Shown here: positions 37,597-45,729 of the stretch, piece by piece
Numbering within the stretch: position 1 is the first letter of the stretch
Layout of the letters: the number at the start of each line of letters is the position of its first letter
Origin: Candidatus Pacearchaeota archaeon
GTDB lineage: Archaea; Nanobdellota; Nanobdellia; Pacearchaeales; GW2011-AR1
Direction: 5' to 3'
DNA: 61,985 nucleotides
NCBI GenBank assembly: GCA_002688015.1
Contig: NZBT01000014.1
Coordinates: forward strand, 1 to 61,985
Made by a program: the position numbers and the translations under genes
The notes under the pieces: model-generated
The model's database searches: none
What the model was told of the DNA's origin: nothing
Seen by the model: the letters and a program-made list of their open reading frames with translations, nothing else

Positions 37597-37672
37597 TTAT
37601 TTTGGTTTTTAAACCTTGTTATAGTCTCTGAAAAAGATAAAAACTTAAATAGGGCAAGAGTTATGAGGGATT

Positions 37673-37698
37673 GTAAACTTTAGAAAAGTTTAATCAAA
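37673..37698 (+). repeat. 26-bp element GTAAACTTTAGAAAAGTTTAATCAAA (copy 1)
   Basis: Identical to 60739-60764. Lies 10 nt upstream of TTG 37709. Confidence 0.8.
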
Positions 37699-37708
37699 GG
37701 AGACAAAA

Positions 37709-38353
37709 TTGAAGATACAACCATATTTTGATAAATTAGAAGGGAGTAAAGAATACAAAGACTTTTCGAAGAAACATCCGGACGCGTTTATGGTAGCAGG
37801 ATTTTTTGTTCTTGATCTTGAGATGAAGAAAAACATTCATCAGATTGATTATTATTTGCCAAAAGAAAAGAAAGTTGCTGCTTTTACATTAGATGATAAG
37901 GTTATCTTACAACTTCTAGAAGTTATGGATGCCTCTAGGATTCCAGAGAAACTTGATGCTGAGACAGAGATTGACCTTGATGCTCTAGAAGGTATTTTAG
38001 AAGATGAGATGAAAAATAGAGGAATGAGTGAGGACATAAAGAAGATTATTGCTGTTCTTCAAGTTCAAGGAGGAAAGAAAGTATGGAACTTGAATTGTGT
38101 CTTGTCTGGAATGGAAATCTTGAAAGCTCATGTTGAAGATAAGAGTAAGACCGTTTTGAAAATGGAAAAAGTCTCACTTGGTGAGATAATGCAGCAGGTT
38201 CCCGGAGGAGCAAAGGCAATGGCTGGATCTGCTGGGAAAGAAGGGCAAGCAAACGAAGGAGATGTTAAGAAAGAGCTTGAGAAACTTAATAAGTTAGAAG
38301 AACAGATTGAAAAAGAGAAAGAGAAGTTGAAGAAATCTGTTAAGAAGAAGTGA
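37709..38353 (+). CDS. Hypothetical protein (214 aa) with K/E-rich coiled-coil tail
   Basis: Complete ORF with a TTG start preceded by GGAG. No motif recognised. Confidence 0.5.
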   Translation: MKIQPYFDKLEGSKEYKDFSKKHPDAFMVAGFFVLDLEMKKNIHQIDYYLPKEKKVAAFTLDDKVILQLLEVMDASRIPEKLDAETEIDLDALEGILEDEMKNRGMSEDIKKIIAVLQVQGGKKVWNLNCVLSGMEILKAHVEDKSKTVLKMEKVSLGEIMQQVPGGAKAMAGSAGKEGQANEGDVKKELEKLNKLEEQIEKEKEKLKKSVKKK

Positions 38354-38899
38354 TTATTTTCTTTTGTTCCAAAGAAGTTTTGTATAACCATCTTTAACTA
38401 TGTCTTTTTCTGAATAGCCAAGAGATTTTATTACCTTGAGAACAGAAGTCTTTGCTTTGGAAATCTCAGCTTTATTATTTTTAGATATGTATTCTATCTC
38501 CAAAAACCATCCGAGTTTTTCTACATTGTTTAATTCTATATTGAAGTTTTTCTTTATTTTGTAAAGATGTGTTGTTTTGTCCTTTCTTATCCAAGGTTTG
38601 AAGCCAAAATTGTCAATGAGAGATTGGAATGCAGTTATGTCCTTTGTTCTAAATTCTACTTCGTTCTTTGCATCAACATTCTTGTCTTTAGCAAGTCTTT
38701 GTTTAAAATTGACTTCGTAAAAGCCAGAACGAGAACGCACACGCAAGGATTTTTTAGGATAGCTAGAAAGGGGTTCTAAAGTATAGTAAATGTCTGACTT
38801 TTTTTCTTTCCCAGAATACTTGGAAATTTTAGAAATCTTAGATTTTAGTTTCTCCAGTTTAGACTTGGGGATTTCAACTTTTGCTTCTACTTCTATCAT
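38354..38899 (-). CDS. CYTH-domain protein (CyaB-like class IV adenylyl cyclase / triphosphatase family)
   Basis: N-terminal ExExK (MIEVEAKVEI), LRVRS, and LGWFLEIEYI near the C-terminus. Confidence 0.8.
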   Translation of the reverse strand: MIEVEAKVEIPKSKLEKLKSKISKISKYSGKEKKSDIYYTLEPLSSYPKKSLRVRSRSGFYEVNFKQRLAKDKNVDAKNEVEFRTKDITAFQSLIDNFGFKPWIRKDKTTHLYKIKKNFNIELNNVEKLGWFLEIEYISKNNKAEISKAKTSVLKVIKSLGYSEKDIVKDGYTKLLWNKRK

Positions 38900-38945
38900 T
38901 TTTTGTATCTTGAGAATTTAAAATAAAAATAAAAATAAATTAAAT

Positions 38946-39413
38946 TTATGCCGCAGTTTTACATGTGACACTAGGAAGTCCTTCTGCTGGACATATTCTG
39001 TCTTCAGCTGTTGAAGTCTTTGTTACTGGGACAACTGTTGCTGTTATTTCTTCACCGTCGTCCAAAGCAGCGATATTTATCTTTGCTGAGCCTGTTGCAA
39101 GTATACTTGATGGTTTTTCAGATGTTTCATTAATTAGACTTTCTGTTCCATCACTTAGGACTATTCTAAGAGAATCTAAATCATTTCCAGCTTTCCATTG
39201 GTAATTCAGATCTACCGCCGCAGTTGCGCCAGCTCCTGACAAAGTACAACCAGTTGGTTCAATTTGAATCTCTAAACAAGAGGCTGTTAAGCTTTCTCCT
39301 GTGTCTCTTACGAATTGCTGAGCAAAACCCCATACAATTGCGACTGCTACTAAGGCTAATAGGATTATTAGTACTGTTGTTATAACATCACTTAATCCTC
39401 TTTTGTTTATCAT
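38946..39413 (-). CDS. Archaeal type IV pilin-like protein (class III signal peptide)
   Basis: MINKRG/LSDVITTVLIILLALVAVAIVWGF matches the prepilin-peptidase site plus hydrophobic helix. Strong SD GGAGGT sits 7 nt upstream, unlike most genes here. Confidence 0.75.
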   Translation of the reverse strand: MINKRGLSDVITTVLIILLALVAVAIVWGFAQQFVRDTGESLTASCLEIQIEPTGCTLSGAGATAAVDLNYQWKAGNDLDSLRIVLSDGTESLINETSEKPSSILATGSAKINIAALDDGEEITATVVPVTKTSTAEDRICPAEGLPSVTCKTAA

Positions 39414-39537
39414 AAAATTTACCTCCTTTCACCTCTCCGTTTGAAGCGTAAGTATAGATATACACTGTAAAAGACGTTTAAATATGTTTTTGTTCTGTAT
39501 TCGTTAACAGTGCATGCGAAAACTTTATTAACTTTGG

Positions 39538-39552
39538 TAAACATATGTTAAC
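39538..39552. promoter_or_regulatory. Imperfect palindrome GTAAACAT|ATGTTAAC between the TATA and the msrB start (candidate operator)
   Basis: The GTTAACAT half-site is shared with the tandem repeat at 40611-40630. msrB TATA TTTATTA is at 39524-39530. Confidence 0.45.
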
Positions 39553-39554
39553 TA

Positions 39555-39881
39555 ATGAAAAAAGAAGATGAATTCAAACACTTGACTGAAGAGCAGAAAC
39601 ACGTTCTCTTAGAGAAGGGAACAGAATCTCCGGGGAGTGGGGAGCTGTTGCATAATAAAGAAAGTGGAGAGTACAAATGTGCAGCGTGTGGTAATCCATT
39701 ATATAAGTCTGGAAAGAAGTTTGATTCTGGAACTGGATGGCCAAGCTTTGATGATGCTATTCCTGGAGCTGTGAAATTGAAAGAAGATAATGATTTAGGA
39801 ATGAAGAGGACAGAAGTTGTTTGTGCTAAGTGTGGGGGACATTGCATTAATTCTGTTTGTTTAGATTTCAAGAAGAAATAG
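39555..39881 (+). CDS. msrB: Methionine-R-sulfoxide reductase MsrB homolog lacking the HLGHVF...RY segment
   Basis: CAACGNPLYKSGKKFDSGTGWPSFDDAI...RTEVVCAKCGGH then directly CINSVCLDF. The usual block of about 17 aa between GGH and CINS is missing in frame. Confidence 0.7.
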   Translation: MKKEDEFKHLTEEQKHVLLEKGTESPGSGELLHNKESGEYKCAACGNPLYKSGKKFDSGTGWPSFDDAIPGAVKLKEDNDLGMKRTEVVCAKCGGHCINSVCLDFKKK

Positions 39882-40065
39882 ATTGTTGATGATGCAGAGG
39901 AAGATTTAGGTATTCTGCTAAAGGTCTGAAAACGTCACCTGTGTCTTCAGTATCAGTGTCTCGGAAATAGACTGCTTTTATAGCGTCTCTTCTGAAGACA
40001 AAAGCTTTGTTTGTATCTCTTCTGATTGTGATAACATAAATGTTTTCTGAAGTTGGTTCTCGCAT
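39868..40065 (-). CDS. Hypothetical protein (65 aa)
   Basis: Follows ORF 40081..40350 on the same strand after 15 nt. Confidence 0.35.
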   Translation of the reverse strand: MREPTSENIYVITIRRDTNKAFVFRRDAIKAVYFRDTDTEDTGDVFRPLAEYLNLPLHHQQSISS

Positions 40066-40080
40066 TATTCTAAATGAATC

Positions 40081-40350
40081 TTACTTGTCTATATATGGGA
40101 GAATAATTTTTAAGGATTGGCTTACAGATTTGATAGTTTCAATTGCGTTTTCAAAAGAATAGTAATCTACAAGAATTAGATTTCTTGTTTCAACATTACC
40201 ATCAAGTTGGTTTGTTGGGTTTGCATACCATCCCATAACAAGTGGTTTTGGGCCGTCAGTTTCTTCTAGTTTTTTAGTTAAGGAATTAGCTGGAAGATAT
40301 ATCTTGGAAGGTTCCCCTTTTATAGATGATGGCATTTTAACCTCTTCCAT
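40081..40350 (-). CDS. Hypothetical protein (89 aa)
   Basis: Complete ORF. No motif recognised. Confidence 0.4.
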   Translation of the reverse strand: MEEVKMPSSIKGEPSKIYLPANSLTKKLEETDGPKPLVMGWYANPTNQLDGNVETRNLILVDYYSFENAIETIKSVSQSLKIILPYIDK

Positions 40351-40441
40351 TAAAGATGAAAGGTTAATAAATATTGTTGCAAACCAAAATCTTTTTTTGA
40401 ATTAGGGAAAGGGTTAAAAGCTCTTGTTTTCTAGAGAAAAT

Positions 40442-40555
40442 ATGAAGAGGATGTATAAAGTTTTGATAAGTTTAGTGGTTTTGATTGTTTTGATTATATC
40501 ATTTTTATTTATTACTGGTTGGATTAGTAAGATTACAGGATTAGTTGTTGGTTGA
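40442..40555 (+). CDS. Candidate small membrane peptide (37 aa, MKRMYKVLISLVVLIVLIISFLFITGWISKITGLVVG)
   Basis: Below the ORF-track cutoff. GTTAAAAG 40413-40420 is centred 26 nt upstream of the ATG. One clear TM helix. Confidence 0.4.
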   Translation: MKRMYKVLISLVVLIVLIISFLFITGWISKITGLVVG

Positions 40556-40610
40556 ATTTAATTTGTTAGATAGGTGTTAACCTTGTACAACAAAACATTT
40601 ATATACTTTA

Positions 40611-40630
40611 GTTAACATGTGTTAACATGT
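40611..40630 (+). promoter_or_regulatory. Tandem 10-bp repeat GTTAACATGT GTTAACATGT across the start of the HTH regulator gene (candidate auto-operator)
   Basis: Perfect tandem copies. TATA TTTATATA 40598-40605 is centred 26 nt upstream of ATG 40627, which lies inside repeat 2. Confidence 0.5.
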
Positions 40631-41013
40631 ATACTTTACCACAAGAGATAGAAGTATGGTATGTAATACCTGCTATAAGAAGAGAAATGAGTAAATGTTT
40701 TATTAGGGAACATGGAATTACTTATGAGAAGGTTGGAAAAATCTTAGGGATTAGTAAGGCTGCAATTTCTCAGTATTTGAAGAATAAGAGGGCTGGGAAG
40801 ATTAGATTGCATGAAAGAGTTCAAAAAGAAATTTGTAAATCTTGTAAAAAAATTATTGACGGAAAATCAGATAGTGTGAAAGAAATTCAGAAAATTTTAA
40901 TTTTTGTTAGGAAGAATAAATTACATTGTGAAGTTTGTGGAGAGCCTGTTGAGAAGAAGAGTAATCATGATGATTGTGTTCAAGTAATTGCGAAGTATGA
41001 GGAAGACGAATAA
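40627..41013 (+). CDS. HTH transcriptional regulator with two CxxC pairs
   Basis: ITYEKVGKILGISKAAISQYLKNKRAG (HTH), plus CKSCKK and CEVCGE. Confidence 0.65.
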   Translation: MYTLPQEIEVWYVIPAIRREMSKCFIREHGITYEKVGKILGISKAAISQYLKNKRAGKIRLHERVQKEICKSCKKIIDGKSDSVKEIQKILIFVRKNKLHCEVCGEPVEKKSNHDDCVQVIAKYEEDE

Positions 41014-41127
41014 ATTTATCTGAGATTGATGAAGCTAATAAGCTCATTGATAAAGCAATAACTGGTTTGCAAGATCTTGTTTTTATTTAATCAGAAGGTT
41101 TAAAATAGGGAAAATATAAAGATAAAC

Positions 41128-41211
41128 ATGAAAAGAGTAATTAGAAAAGTTAGGAGAAAGAGAGAAAGAGAGAAAAGAGTTAGCAGGGGAAGGAAGAAAG
41201 TTAAAGGGTGA
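41128..41211 (+). CDS. Candidate 27-aa extremely basic peptide (possible ribosomal protein eL41-like)
   Basis: MKRVIRKVRRKREREKRVSRGRKKVKG. TTTAAA 41099-41104 is centred 27 nt upstream of the ATG. Confidence 0.35.
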   Translation: MKRVIRKVRRKREREKRVSRGRKKVKG

Positions 41212-41457
41212 TTATTCAGCTGCTTCTAGAGATTCTTCAGCCATTGGAACATAAGCAATTGCATTTCCGTCTTTGTCATGGAATTCTACATGATACTGTC
41301 CGTTAGGAAGAATAATATTTATTTCTCCAATTGATCCTTTTTTTATTTCTTTGATTTCGGAAGGATTGTCAGAGACTTCTTCATGATACTCGATATATTC
41401 AGGATCTGGATTTACGAGAAGTTTTACTTTTTGTCCTCTTTTGAATTTTGTTTGCAT
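41212..41457 (-). CDS. Hypothetical small protein (81 aa)
   Basis: Complete ORF. Its start lies inside the 3' end of ORF 41399..41683. Confidence 0.45.
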   Translation of the reverse strand: MQTKFKRGQKVKLLVNPDPEYIEYHEEVSDNPSEIKEIKKGSIGEINIILPNGQYHVEFHDKDGNAIAYVPMAEESLEAAE

Positions 41458-41683
41458 TTTTCTTTTTTGTTTTTAAATCTGAGAATATGAAGATGTAAAG
41501 AATTTCTAGAATTCCTAGAGTATTGACAACTAATAGAACTACAAACCAGACGATCGAATTTCGCTTAGCAGATTTCCATAAAGCGAGACCTTTCCAAATT
41601 AGTGTCCATATTGTAATAACTAAAATTGCCCAAATAGGTAATGTACTGAGAGCTGACAATTGTGTTAGTGATTCAAACGCCAT
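41399..41683 (-). CDS. Small two-TM membrane protein with a basic tail
   Basis: IWAILVITIWTLIWKGLALWKSAKRNSIVWFVVLLVVNTLGILEILYIFIF. The minus-strand TATA is centred 25.5 nt upstream of ATG 41683. Confidence 0.55.
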   Translation of the reverse strand: MAFESLTQLSALSTLPIWAILVITIWTLIWKGLALWKSAKRNSIVWFVVLLVVNTLGILEILYIFIFSDLKTKKKNANKIQKRTKSKTSRKSRS

Positions 41684-41853
41684 ATTGGATGTTGAGAAAG
41701 AGAGTATATAAATTTACTTTTCAAGCTCTTGATTAACCGGAACTTCCTATTTGTTACTCTAAAAATAAGACACTCGAAACCAACAGGTTTATCGTCGTGT
41801 GAAAAATTAGTGCAATAAGGTTTAAATAGTAATTTTCTTTTGAGGAAGAGTTA

Positions 41854-41869
41854 ACACAAGCAATTGTGT
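41854..41869. promoter_or_regulatory. NrdR box 1 (ACACAAGCAATTGTGT)
   Basis: 16-bp palindrome matching the NrdR-box pattern acaCwAtATaTwGtgt. Abuts or overlaps the TATA-like GTTTAAAAAA. Confidence 0.7.
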
Positions 41870-41884
41870 TTAAAAAAGGGGAAA

Positions 41885-41900
41885 ACACAACATATTGTGT
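41885..41900. promoter_or_regulatory. NrdR box 2 (ACACAACATATTGTGT)
   Basis: Second 16-bp palindrome, 31 bp from box 1 start to start, ending 11 nt upstream of the nrdR ATG. Confidence 0.7.
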
Positions 41901-41911
41901 TTATTATATAA

Positions 41912-42352
41912 ATGAAATGTCCATATTGCCTTCACGAAGATACAAAAGTCATAGACAAAAGAGACTTTGAAGGAATGGCAAGACGAAGACGTGAGTGCCT
42001 TAAGTGTGAAAAAAGGTTTAACACCCATGAGAGAGTTGAGAGGGCTGAACTCAAAGTTATAAAGAAAGATGAGAGAAGGGAAGACTTTGATGTTGAAAAA
42101 TTAAAAAGAGGAATATTAACGGCTTGTGAGAAAAGGCCGATAAGTACGGAGAAAATTGATAAAATGTTAATAAATATTGAAAATAAAATTAGAATGAAAG
42201 GGAAGGAAGTCAAAGCTGATTTTATTGGAGAGATTGTTAGCAAAGAATTGAGAAAAATTGATAATGTTGCTTATATAAGATTTGCTTCTGTTTACAAAGA
42301 TTTTACTGACTTAAGTGACTTCAAAAAAGAAATAAAAGGGCTTTTAAAATAA
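41912..42352 (+). CDS. nrdR: Transcriptional repressor NrdR (zinc ribbon plus ATP-cone)
   Basis: MKCPYCLHEDTKVIDKR...RRRRECLKCEKRFNTHERVE...VAYIRFASVYKDF. Confidence 0.9.
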   Translation: MKCPYCLHEDTKVIDKRDFEGMARRRRECLKCEKRFNTHERVERAELKVIKKDERREDFDVEKLKRGILTACEKRPISTEKIDKMLINIENKIRMKGKEVKADFIGEIVSKELRKIDNVAYIRFASVYKDFTDLSDFKKEIKGLLK

Positions 42353-42355
42353 ACA

Positions 42356-45265
42356 ATGGAAACCAACAATCTATATAATGGAGAGAATGGAAGTGGAGGA
42401 ATGAATGGAGATAGTATAGAGAAGGGAGTTGGATCTGTTGACCTAGGAGTTAAATCAAAAATTGCAAATGGTGTGCCTATGATACTCTCAAGACAGTTCA
42501 GTCTTGAGGGAAAGAATCCATTTGAGTTTGATCTTTCTGGAAATAAAATTGCTTGGGTTGAAGAGGATGTAAAAGTTACAGATGATTCTGGAAAGGAAGT
42601 TTTTATTCAAAAAAATGTTAGAAAACCTGACTTTTGGAGTCCCCTTGCGTTGAAAGTTGTGGCTAGTAAATATTTTTGGGGTAATCAAGACAAAGGAGAA
42701 AGAGAGCAAAGTGTAGAGCAGTTGGTTGGAAGAATATCAAGATTTTATAAGAGGCAGGCAATTAAGCAAGGTTATTTCGATGAAAATGAAGCGAGCATTT
42801 TAGGAGATGAAATTACTGCGATATGTTTGAATCAACTTGGTGTGTTTAACAGTCCAGTATGGTTTAATGTTGGGATTACTGAATACGATAAGGAAGCTGG
42901 GGGAACTGCTCCCTATTTTTGGGACTTACAGAAGGGAGAGATCGTAGAAACAAAAAGGGGAGAAGATAAGCCTCAGTGTTCTGCTTGCTTTATTCAAGGA
43001 ATGACAGATGATATGGAGAGTATATTAGAAGTTCAAGTTTCAGAGGCTAATTTGTTTAGAGCGGGATCTGGAACAGGAAGTAATAGATCTGCTTTAAGAT
43101 CTTCTAAGGAGAGATTAAAGGGTGGAGGTTGGGCTTCTGGACCTGTTAGCTTCATGAAAGGATATGATGCTTATGCGGGAGTTATTAAATCAGGAGGTAA
43201 GACGAGAAGGGCTGCTAAAATGGAAATTCTTAATGTTGATCATCCAGATATTATGGAATTTGTAGGAGCAAAACAAAACGAGGAGAAAAAAGCTTGGGCT
43301 TTGATTGAGCAAGGTTATTCTGGAGGATTGAATGGTGAAGCTTATTCAAGTGTGGCCTTCCAGAATTGTAATATGTCTGCTAGGGTGTCAGATGAATTTA
43401 TGGAGCAAGTGAAAAAGGATGGAGATTGGCAGACAAAAGCTGTTAAGACAGGAGAAGTAGTTGAAACACTTAAAGCAAAAGAAATTATGAAAAAAATTGC
43501 TGAGGGGACTTGGATTTGTGGAGATCCTGGAATACAGAACGATACTTTGTACAATCAATATCATACTAGTAAGGCTTCTGGAAGAATAAATGCTACTAAT
43601 CCATGCTCAGAGTACGCATTTTTAGATGATACTGCTTGTAATCTTGCTTCAATAAATTTAATGAAATTCAGGACAGCTGAGGGAGGATTTGATTTTGATA
43701 AATTTAGAAAGGTTGTTAGAACTTTAATTGTTGCTATGGAACTCAATATTGATGGGGCAAGTTATCCAACAAAGAAGATTACGGAAAGAAGTCATATTTT
43801 TAGAACTCTTGGATTGGGATATGCTAACTTGGGGGCTTTACTGATGTCTCTAGGGCTTCCATATGATTCCGATGAAGGGAGAGCTGTTGCTGCTGCTGTG
43901 ACAGCAGTAATGTGTGGAGAAGCATATAAGGCAAGTGCTGAATTAGCAGGAATGGTTGGCCCATTCCCAGGATATGATGAGAATAGAGAACATATGTTGA
44001 AAGTTATTGATATGCATAGAAATCATGTTAAGGAGATTGACGTTGAAAAAATTCCAGGAAATTTGAAAGAGCTTGTAAATGTTGCTTGGGATTGTTGGAC
44101 TGAAGCTCTTGAGTTAGGGAAGAAGTATGGATACAGAAATGCGCAAGCTACTGTTTTAGCTCCAACAGGAACAATTGCATTCATGATGGATTGTGATACA
44201 ACTGGAGTTGAGCCAGACATTGCTCTTGTTAAGTATAAAGTCTTGTCAGGAGGAGGAATGTTAAAGATTGTTAATAGATCTGTAGGTTTAGCATTAAGAC
44301 AATTAGGATATGGGGAAGAAGATGTAAAGAAGATAGAAGAGTATATTGATGAGAAGGAAACTATAGAAGGCTGCGAATTGCTGAAAGAGGAGCACTTGGC
44401 TGTGTTTGATTGTGCTTTCAAGCCCGATAAAGGAAAGAGGAGTATTGAGTGGAAAGGCCACGTTGATATGATGTCTGTTACTCAGCCATTTATTTCAGGA
44501 AGTATAAGTAAGACTGTGAATATGCCTGAGGAAAGCACAATAGAGAACATAATGGAAGCTTACATGTATGCTTGGGAGAAAAGATTGAAGGCTGTTGCGA
44601 TTTATCGTGAAAATAGCAAGAGGAGCCAGCCATTGAATACAAAGAAGACAAAGGGAGAGATGTGGGATAAAGATGATAAATTCAGAGATACAATTGGGGA
44701 AAGAAATAAACTTCCTCAGACTAGGAAGAGCATGACCCATAAGTTTGAAATTACTGGGCATGAAGGCTACTTGACTATAGGAATGTACGATGACGGAAGG
44801 CCTGGGGAGATATTTATTACAATGCATAAGCAAGGAAGTACAATACGGGGCCTGATGGATGCTTGGGCAACTTCTGTTTCTATAAATTTGCAGTATGGGG
44901 CAAGCGTTGAAGCAGTTTTTCAAAGATTTAGACATCAGAAGTTTGAGCCTGCAGGGTTTGTTAAAAATTTGGGAGGGGGAATTTTAGATGACAGTATTAG
45001 AACAATTACTACTGCTAGCTCTATAGTTGATTATGTTTCTCAGTTTATGTTGAATAATTTTGCATCTAGTGCGTCAAAACCACAAATTGAAGTTGCTACT
45101 CCACTAATAGAGACAGAAGAAAATGAAGAACAAGCGGAGCTTGCTGATTTTGGACATGAAGGTCTAACTTGTCCGCTGTGTGGCGGTCCTGCAAAGAGAA
45201 TCGCTAATTGTGCAATCAGGTGCACGAGTTGTAATCAGACTGTTAGATCCGGATGTGGGGAATGA
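42356..45265 (+). CDS. nrdJ: Ribonucleotide reductase, class II (adenosylcobalamin-dependent) type with C-terminal zinc ribbon
   Basis: Active-site TNPCSEYAFLDDTACNLASINL. WSPLALKVVASKYFWG near the N-terminus. C-terminal CPLCGG...CTSCNQ. Confidence 0.85.
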   Translation: METNNLYNGENGSGGMNGDSIEKGVGSVDLGVKSKIANGVPMILSRQFSLEGKNPFEFDLSGNKIAWVEEDVKVTDDSGKEVFIQKNVRKPDFWSPLALKVVASKYFWGNQDKGEREQSVEQLVGRISRFYKRQAIKQGYFDENEASILGDEITAICLNQLGVFNSPVWFNVGITEYDKEAGGTAPYFWDLQKGEIVETKRGEDKPQCSACFIQGMTDDMESILEVQVSEANLFRAGSGTGSNRSALRSSKERLKGGGWASGPVSFMKGYDAYAGVIKSGGKTRRAAKMEILNVDHPDIMEFVGAKQNEEKKAWALIEQGYSGGLNGEAYSSVAFQNCNMSARVSDEFMEQVKKDGDWQTKAVKTGEVVETLKAKEIMKKIAEGTWICGDPGIQNDTLYNQYHTSKASGRINATNPCSEYAFLDDTACNLASINLMKFRTAEGGFDFDKFRKVVRTLIVAMELNIDGASYPTKKITERSHIFRTLGLGYANLGALLMSLGLPYDSDEGRAVAAAVTAVMCGEAYKASAELAGMVGPFPGYDENREHMLKVIDMHRNHVKEIDVEKIPGNLKELVNVAWDCWTEALELGKKYGYRNAQATVLAPTGTIAFMMDCDTTGVEPDIALVKYKVLSGGGMLKIVNRSVGLALRQLGYGEEDVKKIEEYIDEKETIEGCELLKEEHLAVFDCAFKPDKGKRSIEWKGHVDMMSVTQPFISGSISKTVNMPEESTIENIMEAYMYAWEKRLKAVAIYRENSKRSQPLNTKKTKGEMWDKDDKFRDTIGERNKLPQTRKSMTHKFEITGHEGYLTIGMYDDGRPGEIFITMHKQGSTIRGLMDAWATSVSINLQYGASVEAVFQRFRHQKFEPAGFVKNLGGGILDDSIRTITTASSIVDYVSQFMLNNFASSASKPQIEVATPLIETEENEEQAELADFGHEGLTCPLCGGPAKRIANCAIRCTSCNQTVRSGCGE

Positions 45266-45729
45266 TTGTCTGTTTGTTTTAGAGCTCTGTTAATTTCATT
45301 ATGGACATCATTTACTTTGTTGCCTAATCCTTCAAATTTAACTTTTTTTAAATAATCTGGTCTGAAATGTGAAAATGTCCCATATCCTTTTAACGCTAAA
45401 TGTACAAATGGAAGAGTTGCGATTGCTGTTGCTGCTGTTGCGACTATGGTGTCAAAAAAATCTGGAGTAGCATTTCCTGTAAGATAATCTGTAGCTGCAT
45501 TTAGTATAAACAAACCAGCACCTAATAGAGGAACACATAATGCTCCAGCTAATCCTGTCGCTCTGATAGCTCCATCAAATTTCTCTCTTCTTAAATCATC
45601 TATTAGATAATTATGAGAGTCTATTCTAGAAAGCCTTGCATTTTGGAAATCTTGCCTTGTTTCTCTAAGATTTTCTTTGAAGTCAGAGTCTGTTTCGTAT
45701 CTTTGCATTAGTTTTTTATTGAATTTCAT
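45235..45729 (-). CDS. Hypothetical membrane protein (164 aa, two TM segments)
   Basis: GLAGALCVPLLGAGLFILNAA and TIVATAATAIATLPFVHLAL. Its ATG overlaps the stop of the upstream small ORF (ATGA). Confidence 0.5.
   Translation of the reverse strand: MKFNKKLMQRYETDSDFKENLRETRQDFQNARLSRIDSHNYLIDDLRREKFDGAIRATGLAGALCVPLLGAGLFILNAATDYLTGNATPDFFDTIVATAATAIATLPFVHLALKGYGTFSHFRPDYLKKVKFEGLGNKVNDVHNEINRALKQTDNHSPHPDLTV

Noticed and set aside
38900-38945. A-rich periodic run (AAAATAAAAATAAAAATAAATTAAATT) between the CYTH and pilin genes, considered as a repeat or CRISPR-like feature.
   Set aside because: It is a short low-complexity AT tract with no spacer structure. It is most simply intergenic oligo-A/T terminator or promoter sequence. 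No CRISPR array exists anywhere in the window.
39548-39871. 107-aa minus-strand ORF overlapping msrB.
   Set aside because: The plus-strand frame carries unmistakable MsrB motifs (GWPSF, CINS), so the antisense frame is a shadow ORF.
41399-41457. 59-nt overlap between ORFs 41399..41683 and 41212..41457, considered as a frameshifted single gene.
   Set aside because: The two proteins differ in character (a two-TM protein with a basic tail versus a soluble beta-rich protein). Each is complete with its own start. There is no slippery sequence or evidence of a disrupted domain.
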